A stretch of 64,000 nucleotides of DNA from contig OX597834.1 in the NCBI GenBank assembly GCA_951406725.2, positions 42,780,001 through 42,844,000 of the forward strand. The letters run 5' to 3'. The notes under the pieces were generated by a model. The model worked only from the letters and a program-made list of their open reading frames with translations. It searched no databases and had not been told where the DNA came from. Positions 11,805 to 24,746 of the stretch are shown here, in pieces; position 1 is the first letter of the stretch; each line of letters opens with the position of its first letter. The stretch is from Octopus vulgaris. Lineage: Eukaryota. Made by a program: the position numbers and the translations under genes.

Positions 11805-11955
11805 ACTGGCACTCCACCACTTACGACGACGAGCGTTCCACTCGATCCAATGAACGTGAAATAAAGTGTCTTGCTCAAGGTCTCAATGCGTCGCCTGGAA
11901 TTGAACTCGCTATCCAGCGATCGCGAGACGAATACCCTGACTACTAAACCACGTG
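11805..11955 (-). mobile_element. Internally deleted or chimeric tRNA-SINE (D-like head, C-type tail)
   Basis: Plus strand tggcactcc...ttacgacgacgag (C tail) is joined to gtgaaataaagtgtcttgctcaagg...gaattgaactc (head). Confidence 0.6.
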
Positions 11956-13123
11956 TCATATATATTTTTTCAGGAAGAGATGTACTGAGTAATCTTTTGG
12001 TAAAAGTCTAATATATTTGTACTTTTGAGTAATCCTTCAGTTTAATCCCAAACTCTCTTTATTCTAACTCGACATAAAAATAAACATAAATGCAAATCTG
12101 CATAGACACTCACACACACACACACACACACAAAAACCATATATACATAGAGAGAGAAAGAGAGAGAATGAGAGATTGATAAAGACATTGATAAATAGAT
12201 AAAGACAGGCAGATGAATGGGGGGGCGGGAGAAAGATAGACATGTGTACTGAACAATGAATTACATCTGACATTTAATACAGTGTGCCTAACTAGAAATG
12301 TCCATGCCGTAAAATACACAGATAAGCAGAGAGACAGACAAGCGACCACCAGAAAGGCAGCTAGGTAGACGCATAAATATTTACATATATATATATATAT
12401 AATGCATAGAAGAATTGTGTGGAGGCGAAAAGATAATTATAGTCACTGATATAAAATCATTTATATTATTTAGTTAAATACAGCAGGCTTCTCGCGACAT
12501 CTTCTAGCCTTATTGTGACCTCATCAGCAAAGCATATGTTTCGCAAAATTAACTGAAGTGATTAATGCTGTACGAATCGCTAAGTAAATGAAAAAATATA
12601 TCCATTGGTTGAAAGTAGAAGTTATAATTGCATATATTTTGTAATTATTTTACTTATAGCACCTGTTACGAATTGCAACTGATTTACCGAAGGTATATTC
12701 TTTTCCTATCTTGGCACAAAGCCCGAAATTTTTTAGGAGGGGCCAGACGATTTGATCGACCACAGTAAGCAACTGATACCCGGCGGAATTTGGACTCAGA
12801 ACATAAAGGCAGACGAAATACCTATTTCTTTACATACATGTATACATACACAGGCGTATGTACGTACATACATACATACATACATACATACATACATACA
12901 TACATGCATACATGCATGTATGCATACATACACACATACATACGTACATATATACGACGAACTAACTGTTACTTTCTCAGATGCAGCAGGGATTTTTGTC
13001 AGTGAACAGGTCGCGGATTTTAGCGACGAAAATATTTTGACAAATTAAACTTAAATGTTGAAGTGAATCGAACGGCTTTTGTGTGTTTCTTAAATGGCTT
13101 ACAAACACCTTCCACGCTGCAAT

Positions 13124-13172
<49 letters not shown>

Positions 13173-13466
13173 CTTTGTATATGACATATGTCTACCTGTG
13201 CTCTCATAATATCTCCTATGCTATTTCTTGCTCGCTGCAATAAATTATTCTCAACATGCCGAATTAACTGCATGGCATTGTTATATAATGCGGTTCTCTG
13301 TGTAGCGAAGAATAAATACACTAATTAGGAGAAATACTTCACCGGAGGAGATTTTATAATTTAATTACCTCATTGCTACATATGTTTCGGCATAACATTT
13401 ATTTTTGTTGGACCACCTCACCATATCCATAGGATATCGTGAGTGTGTGTGTGTGTGTGTGTGATT

Positions 13467-13510
<44 letters not shown>

Positions 13511-14469
13511 GTCTTTTGGCGTTTGTCACTGCACCACCTCTTAAGAATTGGATGTAAAATTTATTGTAAAGGTATTCACGGTTCATCTAGCAGCGGGGGT
13601 GGAGTGCCCGTTCCATCCGCATCATATTTATCTTCATTTCATTTCCCATTTTTCATCCGTCTTTATGTCTCCGCATGTCCGTTGTATGCCCCTTCTATAA
13701 ATCAGGCCTTGTGCCTATAATAAAGAGATAACCTCTTAACAATTGGTGCTGTTTTATTTACGTCCCCTTAACATCACAAGTTCAGCAAAGAGATCGATAG
13801 AATAATTATATGCGCACAGGTATTGATGTAATCCACTCAAGACGGTGCATCGGCATAGCTGCAGATCAATGACCAAAACGCATAAATGGCAAAAGCTAAA
13901 AGAATATATTTCAAACGTATCACCCTCAAAATACGAAGCGATTCTACAAGCGATTCTGCTACAGATAGAACAAGAGACGTGAGAAGACGGTCACACAATC
14001 AAGGAACAGAGAGGAAAGATCAACGGAGCAAAGCGACAAGGTGTTCGTAGAATGTGTAAGAAATGCGTTGGAAGGAAGAAATAAGTGAGGCTAGAAATAA
14101 ACAAAACTAATGTATCATAAGAAGAGATGAGAGATTATAATCCGTAGAGAGGCTTATTTATTGAGAAATAGATGAATGCTAATGGACGGTAATGGCTGGA
14201 GAAAAAGTGGATACACGTAGGCATGCATGTCTGCGTACATAAAAACGTGAACACACACATATGTGTACATACATAGCCGTACACATACATATAGATATGT
14301 ATACATGCATGCCCATATATGTATATATATATATATATATATATACACATACACACACATATATACATATATATACAAACATACATTCACATATATATGT
14401 ATATACGTACATATTCACACATATATATATACATATACATACATATATACACACACATATATACACTTA

Positions 14470-14501
<32 letters not shown>

Positions 14502-14632
14502 CATATACATATATATACTTATATATATATGCATATACATATATATATACTTATGTATATGCATATACATATATATATACTTATGTATATGCATATACAT
14601 ATATATATATACTTATATATACGCATATACAT

Positions 14633-14706
<74 letters not shown>

Positions 14707-15253
14707 AACGAGAAATCTATACATAGATGCAGATATATATATAGATATATGTATGTATACACGTATATAGATATATTCATATAGATATATTCAAATGAAG
14801 AGCAGTTATTAATTCATAATAGCAGCCAGTTTTGGATTGAAATACGGAAACTGAAGAATGAACACCGCTGAATGGAGCACGTGATTTAACATGATAGAGA
14901 ATCGGTGTCGTTAGCTGTTTGTATGCAACTCTATGTTCGTGTCACTCAGTTCTCTACGACCGAGTCGACCTTCGTGGGAACAGGTGTCTTCATATGAAAT
15001 ACTCTCACACACGCACACTCATACTCACGCTCACGCACAGAGGCACCGTCTTTTTGCTTCTTTTAATTGTTTCCCTCGTCGGACTGCTGTCACACCGCGG
15101 CGTCATTTTGAAGAATTTAGATAGATAAATCGAATAGAGCAATTATTCTTGGGTTTCTGGTTTCTACTATATCGGTTTCATACGAAAAACTAGTTCGAAG
15201 TCCAATAATAAAACAGGAAAAACTAAAAAGCAAGGTATATCAACAACTATTTA

Positions 15254-15636
15254 GGAGGCGCAATGGCCCAGTGGTTAGGGCAGCGGACTCGCGGTCATAG
15301 GATCGCGGTTTCGATTCCCAGACCGGGCGTTGTGAGTGTTTATTGAGCGAAAACACCTAAAAAGCTCCACGAGGGTCCGGCAGGGGATGGTGGTGATCCC
15401 TGCTGTACTCTTTCACCACAACTTTCTCTCACTCTTACTTCCTGTTTCTATTGTACCTGTATTTCAAGGGGCCGGCCATGTCCCTCTGTGTCATGCTGAA
15501 TATCCCCGAGAACTACGTTAAGGGTGCGCGTGTCTGTGGAGTGCTCAGCCACTTACACGTTAATTTCACGAGCAGGCTGTTCCTTTGATTCGGATCAACC
15601 GGAACCCTCATCGTCGTTACCGACGGAGTGCTTCCA
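15254..15636 (+). mobile_element. SINE family C, full length, with 12-bp target-site duplication
   Basis: A-box tggcccagtggttagg, B-box ggtttcgattccc; atcaacaactat at 15239-15250 and 15637-15648. Confidence 0.92.
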
Positions 15637-16133
15637 ATCAACAACTATAAACTGAAAACAGACTCAGTATTTGTTTGCTGATATTCGAACACAGATACCT
15701 GCTTTTCAAATGAATATTTATTATCATTATTAATTTATTTACTTGCAAGCGAGAGACATTAAGACTTGTTATGACAAGTTTCAGAATAAAATAAACAAAT
15801 CGTTTCTTTGATATTGGCCTTAAGCTTGATGATGACATTTCAAAGTGGAGGAGAAGTGCAGAATATCTCAGTGAGATATAAAAGCAAAGAGAAGCTGGAA
15901 AATATCAGCGAATACTGGAAACTGAATCGAATGTTTGGTTGAGAAATAAGAAATAATGAAGAAAACACGTTGAAGTGTTTCGAATGCCAAAACACTCAAA
16001 TTAACCGGGATAAATATCATGACTTTTACTAAGCGAATGGTGCTTCAGATGGGCTTGAACCTTAATAGACATAGTTGGAAACAACAAGCGAAGGGAGAAG
16101 GAAATACAGAATAACAACTGTGAGTATGTATGC

Positions 16134-16217
<84 letters not shown>

Positions 16218-16394
16218 ACATATCCATATACATATATACGTATATATATATATATATAAAATATATCTATATATCTATATATATATATATATATACATAT
16301 TCATATACATACATATATACATATACATATATATGTATATATATATATATATATATCTATACACATACATATATATGTATATATATGTATATGA

Positions 16395-16439
<45 letters not shown>

Positions 16440-17056
16440 GATGAGTGTTTACGATTTGTGTATGTATGAATATGATAATCAGAGAGGGGGGAGAGAAGTT
16501 GGTGGCTGAGTAGTAAGAGATTAAGGCCGAAGGGTTTTGGTAGCCATTGTTTATGACTGGTGTTGGATGAACGGTAAACACAAGATATTATCGATATCGC
16601 TCGATATCGGGTGAACTATAGGTTACAAACACGAGTATTATACTCCTGCCAGCACGTGTTTGTATTATATCTAACGCCATGCTTTATAGAAGAAGTGAGA
16701 ATGCGAACGAAAGGCAAGGAGTCTGAAGAAGAAGGAGCGAAAGGTTAAAAGATACACAAGTGAGTTTATATCTATCTATATCTATATCTATATATATAGA
16801 AAGATAGATAGAGGGAAAGAGAGGGGATTAAGGGTAACTAGGATTACGAATCAACAAGTCGTTAGATTACACAAGTAGGTTTATGTCGTCTCTAGTATTT
16901 CTTCGATGGTGTGATTATGTGCAGCGACATCTTACGGTGTAAATCGATATACACGCGGTGTAAACTTGACTATTAGTTGACTGGCAAAACACACGCAGAA
17001 ATACATAACATATACACGCCCTCATATATTTATGTATACATACTGAGCTATATGTA

Positions 17057-17282
17057 TACTCTTTACTCTTTTACTCTTTTACTTGTTTCACTCATTTGAC
17101 TGCGGCGATGCTGGAGCACCGCCTTTTAGTCGAGCAAATCGACCCTAGCACTTATTCTTTGCAAGCCTAGTACTTATTCTATCGGTGCCTTTTGCCGAAC
17201 CGCTAGGCTACGGGGACATACACACAACAGCATCGGTTGTCAAGCGATGTTACGGGGACAAGCACAGAAACACAAACATATA

Positions 17283-17363
<81 letters not shown>

Positions 17364-17797
17364 GAAAAAACAAGTCAAAAATAGAAAATGCTAAGATGAT
17401 TTTATAGTGAATCTTTCAGTACCGGTTTCGGTCATTTTGAGACCTTTTCAACTGTAACGATTAAATAATTAAATTTAGAAAAATTAGAAGAAAAGTTTTT
17501 TTAAAAGAATATTTCTGTAGTAGTGTTCAGATATAAGTAGCATTCTGCCTTTCTCTGACTCCCTTGTTTGCTCGAGGTCGTTTCCAAGGAGAATTAGCAC
17601 AACTTTTAACGTAAACGAGCAGGGCAAATGAAAAATAACAAAAATGTATTTTTAGCGCAAGAGTCGACCACATAGTGGACACTCGCTTATATTTGTGTAT
17701 AAATTTTTATTGTATCCCTGGTTTTTATGCGCTAACCCACTTGGTGTTAAATTGATGGTATTATTAAATTAATATCCAATTTTTTCACCCTTATTTT

Positions 17798-17836
<39 letters not shown>

Positions 17837-17900
17837 TACGACGAGCTTCTTTCAGTTTCCGTCTACCAAATTCACTCAAGGCTTTGGTCGACTCGAGGCT
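17057..17900 (-). mobile_element. SINE family B split by a roughly 440-bp insertion in its internal (TA)n
   Basis: 3' half at 17057-17290, (CA)n(TA)n, insert 17365-17800, (TA)n, then the 5' part resumes at about 17836 (gacgagcttctttcagtttccgtctaccaaa). Confidence 0.8.
17414..17457 (-). ncRNA. Minimal type-I hammerhead ribozyme, U3:A8 core variant
   Basis: Minus strand: uuaCAG-UUGAAAA-GGUC(ucaaaau)GACC-GAAA-CCGG-UA-CUGaaa; perfect 4-bp stem II, palindromic stem III ACCGGU, GUA cleavage triplet; stem I is short. Confidence 0.7.
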
Positions 17901-18058
17901 AATGCTTCTGCCAGCTCGCCGCCTTAAATGATAGAGAAGCAATACCCATTGGTCTATTATAAGATGCTATGTTAACTGCTGCTTGATTTCTGTTCCCGAT
18001 AGCATCAGTTTCGGCTGATATCTATTAAATCTTTACAATCTTTTTAATTATTTTCACA

Positions 18059-18184
18059 GGCGCAGGAGTGGCTGCGTGGTAAGTAGCTTGTTTACCAACC
18101 ACATGGTTCCGGGTTCAGTCCCACTGCGTGACAAAGCATTGTGAGTGGATTTGGTAGACGGAAACTGAAAAGAAGCCCGTCGTA

Positions 18185-18222
<38 letters not shown>

Positions 18223-18438
18223 TGTGTGTGTGTTTGTCCCCCTAGCATTGCTTGACAACCGATGCTGGTGTGTTTATGTCCCCGTTACTTAGCGGTTCGG
18301 CAAAAGAGACCGATAGAATAAGTACTGGGCTTACAAAAAGAATAAGTCCCGGGGTCGAGTTGCTCGATTAAAGGTGGTGCTCCAGCATGGCCGCAGTCAA
18401 ATGACTGAAACAAGTAAAAGAGTAAAAGAGTAAAAGAG
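18059..18438 (+). mobile_element. SINE family B with small internal deletion
   Basis: Head, (TA)n(TG)n core, and tail ending in (gtaaaaga)n. Confidence 0.9.
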
Positions 18439-19004
18439 CTATCTGGAGCCATGTAATATAAAAAAAAGAAAAGAAAAATAAGAAAACAGCGCGAAAGCTC
18501 TGTTGATTACTGATGAAGAAAATGCTCTTAAGCGTATTATGATGGAGAAAATGAAACTGAGTGACGATAAACAAATGTATCTTAATATTTAAATATGTTG
18601 AGCGAGAGAAATAGCTAAGGTAAGTTATCCGTCAGCAAAAAATCAGCAAAGGTCAAGGAAGTTCCGGGGCAATGTCTTAAATAGAAGTGTAAAAGGTCAG
18701 CAAATGAAAAAGAAAATTCGAGAAGACGATTGGTGGTTTACTGCGTTGGCAAAAATATATTTGTTTACAAAAGTTTGTATTCCTGGGAGGGACGAGAATC
18801 CGAATGAATTGAAACATCAAGTTTTAACTGTCGGCCCACGATATGCTGACGTATGCGCATAACGGAAACCACCCAAGTGTAAGACTTGTACTGATGTGAT
18901 ATAATAAGTTATCAATCTGTGTCTTACATTGGAGCAGAGCAGCACATCTGTAGAGAAGCAGCGAGAGATGGGAGATATAATTGATTTAATATACCCCGTT
19001 GTAT

Positions 19005-19160
19005 ACGTTCTGAGTTCAAATTCCGCCGAAGTCGATTTTGCTTTTCGTCCTTTCACGGTCGATAAATCAAATACCAGTTGGGTACTGGGTGGGGTCGATA
19101 TAATCGACTTACTCCCTCCCCCAATATTTCAGGCTCTTGTGTCTTTAGCAGAAGGGATCA
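19005..19160 (+). mobile_element. SINE family A, 5'-truncated, followed by (ATT)n
   Basis: acgttctgagttcaaattccgccgaagtcga...ccaatatttcaggctcttgtgtc. Confidence 0.8.
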
Positions 19161-19262
19161 TTATTATTATTATTATTATTATTATCATTATTATTATTAT
19201 TATCATTATTATCATGATCATTATTATCATTATTATTATTATCATTATCATTATTATTATCA

Positions 19263-19691
19263 TCTCTCTATATATAAACGGCAGTTTGTCTGTCTGTGTG
19301 TCTGTGTGTCTGTCAGGTTGTACCCTCACTCTGACCACGGCTTTCAACCGATTCTGATGAAACTTGACACACACATAGCCCAATGTCATAATTCAAAACT
19401 AATGCAGCCAAAATTTTGAAAAGTTCCCCCAGTTCTGAAAAGAATCTATAAATTCGACATGGGGTCGAGAATCTAAGCTTTTCATATGCAACACATTTTC
19501 TGTCTTGGGGATACAACTCGACAGCTAGGGACAGCTAGGAACATCGTATACACAGAAGTATTCGAGTGAAGAGAAGACATTGCAACCTACACATGCGCCT
19601 TCGTTCCCTAGAGGGAAAGGACTAGATTGGGATTAGTCGTTGCCTACTAGGGGCTCTTACATACCCGGGCAACGCCGGCTTATGCTGCTAG
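19263..19691 (+). mobile_element. Non-autonomous Helitron (429 bp)
   Basis: 5' TC(tctctatatataaa), subterminal GC hairpin cccgggcaacgccgg, 3' CTAG, inserted between A and T with no TSD. Confidence 0.88.
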
Positions 19692-19705
19692 TTATTATTA
19701 TTATC

Positions 19706-19741
<36 letters not shown>

Positions 19742-20523
19742 GTTGTAGTTGTTGTTGTTGTTGTTGCTATCATCGTGGTTGTTGTTATTACTGGATTTTG
19801 TTATATGATAGAAAATTCCGCCATATTAAATAGACGTATACGATTTATAACGAGGAAAATTAAAACAAATTATAGTTTATGTAAAATTACAATTTCTGAA
19901 ATATTATTGTTTACTGCATACTTTAAATAGTTTCCGTTTATCGTGCTGTTCATTAAACTATATATGTATCCATATTTTTCTTCACACACACACTCCTAGA
20001 AGCCTACATACATGTATAGAAAAAGGGGTTATGACGGGGATGGGGGTACTATTAAATTAGGCTAAAATTAGGCTTTCCTTTTTATCTTAAAGTTTTATTC
20101 AAGTAGAACTAATTAATGACCAGATGGCAAATCGTTTAAAAGAAATAAAGAGTATGATGAATGTACTAACTTGGTAATGTAAAAGTTAATGAAAAATATT
20201 CTGTTACCGACAGTTTTTATGATAACTTATGAAATATAATATAGTGAAACTAAGCGTTTTATCGCCGCATGGTTTAGTATGATTGAAAAGTCGATTTATT
20301 TTTTGAAAAAGAAAATTATCATAATATAAGGAAATGTACGAAATACATGCTGGAAGCTGAAAGAAATTTGCAATTTGTAATTATAAGGAATCTGTGTATG
20401 TTAATTGTGGTTAGCAGTAATGGAATTTTAAGGTCTGTTTAAATGACGTTTTTCATCATTGAAACCAGCTTGAAAATCTAAATAAAGTTAAACATGTATA
20501 TCCGGTTAATAACATCCTTGATA

Positions 20524-20573
<50 letters not shown>

Positions 20574-20624
20574 CTATGTTTTCTTCTGTGAATGTTTATG
20601 TACTAAAATATTTTTTATAGTTAA

Positions 20625-21016
20625 CTAGCAGTATCGCTCGGCGTTGCACGGGTTTGTTTCGACCCTTTAGAATTGAAATTTTTGAAAAGTAAAAATTTTG
20701 CATTATGTAGCTTGTTATTCTCTTTAAGTAACATTTTTCTGGTTGAAATACACCGAAAAATGGCGACACAGCAGTCAAAAAAATCGTAAAAAATAGGGAT
20801 TTTCATAGAAAACAATGCTTTTTTTTATGTAAATAATTTTTGGTGTTACCATGGTCCGATTTGAATTTTTTCTTCTACGGAAGGAAGAGCAAGCCTTCGT
20901 CTATCATACTCTCAATTTTGGTCAACTTGAGCCGCAGGGTCTCGGAGGAGATAGTGTTAGTTGAAGGCTACCAAACCTGCCATACACAGACAACTTCAGT
21001 TTTATATATATAGAGA
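20625..21016 (-). mobile_element. Non-autonomous Helitron (392 bp)
   Basis: Minus strand: A|TCtctatatatataaa ... cccgtgcaacgccgagcgatactgCTAG|T. Confidence 0.88.
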
Positions 21017-21513
21017 TATATAACTGAAAAACGACGAAGATAATCGTAAAATTTTAAACAGTTTGTGGAATATGGAATGGATTATGGTTATTCCACAACT
21101 GCCTAAGCATGCATAGAAGACAGGGAAACCCAAATATATAAAATATACGTATGTGTATATGTTTGTATTGTCCGTCTGTGTGTGCGTTTATATATATATA
21201 TATATATATATATAGTAATCTCTCGCTATATCGCGGCTCACTTGTCGCAGTTCCCTACAATTGCATTATTATTTAAGCTTACGTCGATTCCTCTGTGGTG
21301 TTGGCTTGCATCTCTAATAAAATAAATGTTTACAAGTTATAACAATAAAAAACATAACTTACTCTACAGAATTGTTTCTGCTTCGCAGATTTTCACTTAT
21401 CGCTGTACCACCTGCGATAGTCGAGGAATTACTCTCTCTATCCGTCTCTCTCTCTCCCCTCACATACACCCATACATACATATATTTATGTGTATATATA
21501 TATATATATATAT

Positions 21514-21925
21514 TTTTCTTCTAGTTTCAGCTCAGAGCTGCGGCCATGCTGATGCACCGCCGTTTTGTGCTACACTGTTATTGCGAAGAACCTCGTCTAA
21601 TATATGGCACTTGGTGAAGAATGGAGTTTGATAGAGCTACTCTCATTTGCACCTCTTGCCGTGAGGTAGGTTCATCTGGGACTCTTGACAGGAAGATGTC
21701 CAGCTTTGATTTAAAAACCGCTACATCTACTTTGTGCAAGTTCCTCAGACTCTTTGGGAGAATATTAAAAAGCTGTGGGCCCTTGAAACCCAGGCTGTTG
21801 CAGAAGCTGGTCCTGAAGCGTGATGGCATTGCTGGGATCTTTGGCACTATGCAGTGTCGTCCCGTTCTAGCATTGGTGTAGCTTACAATGCCAAAATTTG
21901 GCACAATTCCTTCCAGGATCTTCCA

Positions 21926-21930
<5 letters not shown>
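21514..21930 (-). mobile_element. 3' end of a CR1/L2-group LINE (ORF2 C-terminus + short 3' UTR)
   Basis: YVWKILEGIVPN...GRHCIVPKI...SLGFKGPQLFNILPKSLRN...FKSKLDIFLSRVPDEP...SNSILHQ is typical of this ORF2 C-terminus; frame is open to the stop at 21578. Exact clade uncertain. Confidence 0.85.
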
Positions 21931-22013
<83 letters not shown>

Positions 22014-22049
22014 ACCAAAAAATAATAAGCAACAAGAATGGATCGGTAG

Positions 22050-22134
22050 TTTAGTACAATTGTTTCATACTATAACAATTTATTAAAGCTGCAAATATTA
22101 CAGCAAATATAATGTCAAGTAATCTTCAGCTAAA
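22050..22134 (-). ncRNA. Type-I hammerhead ribozyme with long stem-II loop
   Basis: Minus strand: UUUAG-CUGAAGA-uUACU...AGUAu-GAA-ACAAUUGU-A-CUAAA; 5-bp stem I, canonical core, palindromic stem III; about 37-nt tail then (TA)n. Confidence 0.7.
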
Positions 22135-22525
22135 TTTCATATAGGTTTTCCAAACATCTTAGAGAGTGTAAATATACTTATAAAGTTATAGATGTGAGCT
22201 CCAGGAACTTGAGGCAAGATTCCAAGCAGACCATATATGCTTTCCAACAATACAAAGTTCTTAAATTCATTAGTGACATCCCAGAGAAGGTAAATATACT
22301 CATAAAGGTGTGGATATAAATTCCAGGAAACATGAAGAAAGATGCCAGTCAGATCACGGTTAAGTTCGCATCTAACTGTTGCAAACAAATTTCTATAGTA
22401 GTAGGAATGAAAGCGGGGTAGGTCAAGGAAGCTGACTGGCTAGAGAAAAGAACAGAAGGAGAAAAAAATATATATGGGGGTGTAAAAGAAACAAAGATAC
22501 TAAAAAGGAAGTATCTATGCTTAAT

Positions 22526-22679
22526 GGTATTTTTGCCTGCCGCTACGCTCTAAGTTCAAATTCCGCCGGGGTCGACTTTGCCTTTCATCCTATCGGGGTC
22601 AATAAAATAACTAACAGTTACGCACTGGGGTCGATGTAATCGACTTAATCTCCTCCCCCAAGCTGCCCGTGCCGCAAAA

Positions 22680-22739
<60 letters not shown>

Positions 22740-23010
22740 TTGATCATTATTATTATTATTATTGTAGCTGGCAAAACCATTACCGTGCCGGAAAAAATGA
22801 TTAGCGATGCTTCTTCCGATTTCGTGGTCTTGGTTCAAATGCCACCGCAGTCGATTTAGCCTCTTATCTTCTCGGGGTCAATAAAATAAGTACCAATTAA
22901 GCACTGGGGGCCGGTGTAATCAAACAACTCTGTCTGTCTGTCTGTCTCTGTCTCTCTCTTTCTCTCTCTCTGTCTCAAAATTTCAGGCATTGAGCCTACA
23001 GTGCGAAGGA
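22526..23010 (+). mobile_element. Two degenerate SINE family A copies separated by (ATT)n
   Basis: gttcaaattccgccggggtcgactttgcctttcatcc at about 22555; second copy starts gctggcaaaacc at about 22767. Confidence 0.75.
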
Positions 23011-23544
23011 TTTTTACACTTGTTACTCGACAATATTTCAACTTGATATTGAAGTAAATTGTTCTTAAAAGTCTTTTCAAATGGGAAATACTAATGTTTT
23101 GGTGTAAGAATATTATCTGTAGTTTTAGAGGAAACGACATCGTTTTCATCATTACGGCACATGTGGATGTTACTTTAAAAATTACAAAATTATATTCAGC
23201 TATTTCATTAATTTTGTGTTAGGTATATATTTTATCTTCTCGTGATCATCACTTCTCATTAAGGTCTCATTAAAATAGGAACCATTATCTTTAAATGTTC
23301 TTTCATTAATTGAGATTCAAAATTTTGATTGCGATGTTTCTGACGAGAATATATAATAATTATAGATTTAGTTTAGATAAAATTATTTATATTCTATAAA
23401 GGTACATTCAGCTTATTAAGGTGGGGGAAATAATGACCAAGGTTAAAATTTAGAACAGGCCCAAGAAAATTAACCATTTGTATTATTCTATCAAACGTGC
23501 CTTGCTATACTCAAAAAGACCTGTTCTCCACAGCAGAAATTTCA

Positions 23545-23822
23545 GTGCTACGTCACCTGCCGAGGTGCCACTAAAAAATAGTACTGGCGACACATAAAAA
23601 GCACCAGCGCTGGCGCCACGTAATAGCACCTGTGCCGTCGTCAGGTAGAAAGCACCCAGTACACTCTGTAAAATATTTGACATGAGGATGGACACCCAGC
23701 CGTACAAACCAAGCCAGTCAGACTCTACACTGGTGCAGCCCCTGGCCTTCTTTACCAACTCTGGTCAAACCATCCAACCCGTGCCAGCTTAGAAAACAGA
23801 CATTAAAGTATGATGATGATGA
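23545..23822 (+). mobile_element. SINE 3' part with internal short tandem repeats and (GAT)n tail
   Basis: Repeated g.gccac.taaaaagcacc-like units, then cccagccgtacaaacc...gtcaaaccatccaacccgtgccagc...cattaaagta(tga)n. Confidence 0.6.
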
Positions 23823-24483
23823 GGAGGACGGTTATAATGATGGTGTGATAGTGAGGTAATAATTCCTAAAAGTTTTCCAAGTTTTACACCAAACGCAGAG
23901 GAATCAATGGTAGTGAAATAAAAAAAAGTCAATCTGTTGTAAGGCACTACATATATTCAGGAAATACTTATTTAATTCATTTGAGAAGAATAAAGTCAGC
24001 AAACCAGGAATATCAGCTGAATCGAAGTGGCAGCAGTAATACCAAAATTCTCTAATCTAGACTTTATGAAATTTACACATCTGCAATTACTATACCTTTT
24101 ACATTGAATAAGGCAATTACTTTTCAAGTTAAATTTATGTTTAAAATTCAACACTACAATCTGAAGATATTTCGTAGGAAAAACATATTTTAAATAAACG
24201 TACACACATACACGCATAACAGATATATATAAGTTTATGTACATATACACATATATATGTATATGTGTGTATATAGGGTCACCTAAGGCACAAAGACCAG
24301 TCACAGAATCATGTAGACCCCCACCCATATAAGAAAAATTAAGACCAGCCATGAACAACAGGAAACACAGTGGTTACTATACCAACACCAGTCTGCGCAT
24401 GCCACTTCCCTTCTTCCTCCAAGTTTCTCTTTTATCCCCACTCATCTGATCAACGGCTTTTCCAAATACAGCTTTTTCCATAT

Positions 24484-24519
24484 GTCCCGAAGAAGGGGTC
24501 ATAACCCCGAAATATCGAA
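24484..24519 (+). ncRNA. Degenerate hammerhead motif in a probable PLE tail
   Basis: CCGAAGA-A-GGGGU(caua)ACCCC-GAAA-uauc; perfect stem II, decayed stems I and III; tail reaches (TA)n at about 24657. Confidence 0.45.
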
Positions 24520-24653
24520 TTACAAAACAAAACTGCAACTTTCTTTTGTTTTCCTTTTCCTTATTTTATAACTTTCCGAAACCTTTCTGGCCTCACAAAA
24601 CTCCCTAACAATCAGACTATGCAATGCTTCGCCAAAACTACTTTAAGTATGCA

Positions 24654-24746
<93 letters not shown>

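Noticed and set aside
11670-11864. Remainder of the 233-aa ORF 11163-11864 as a real gene
   Set aside because: The ORF is a chance read-through of SINE, microsatellite, PLE-like remnant, mariner fragment and SINE tail.
15254-15330. tRNA genes here and at 8218 and 46640
   Set aside because: A and B boxes are present but they continue into SINE bodies, with a TSD at this copy and no clean cloverleaf or terminator.
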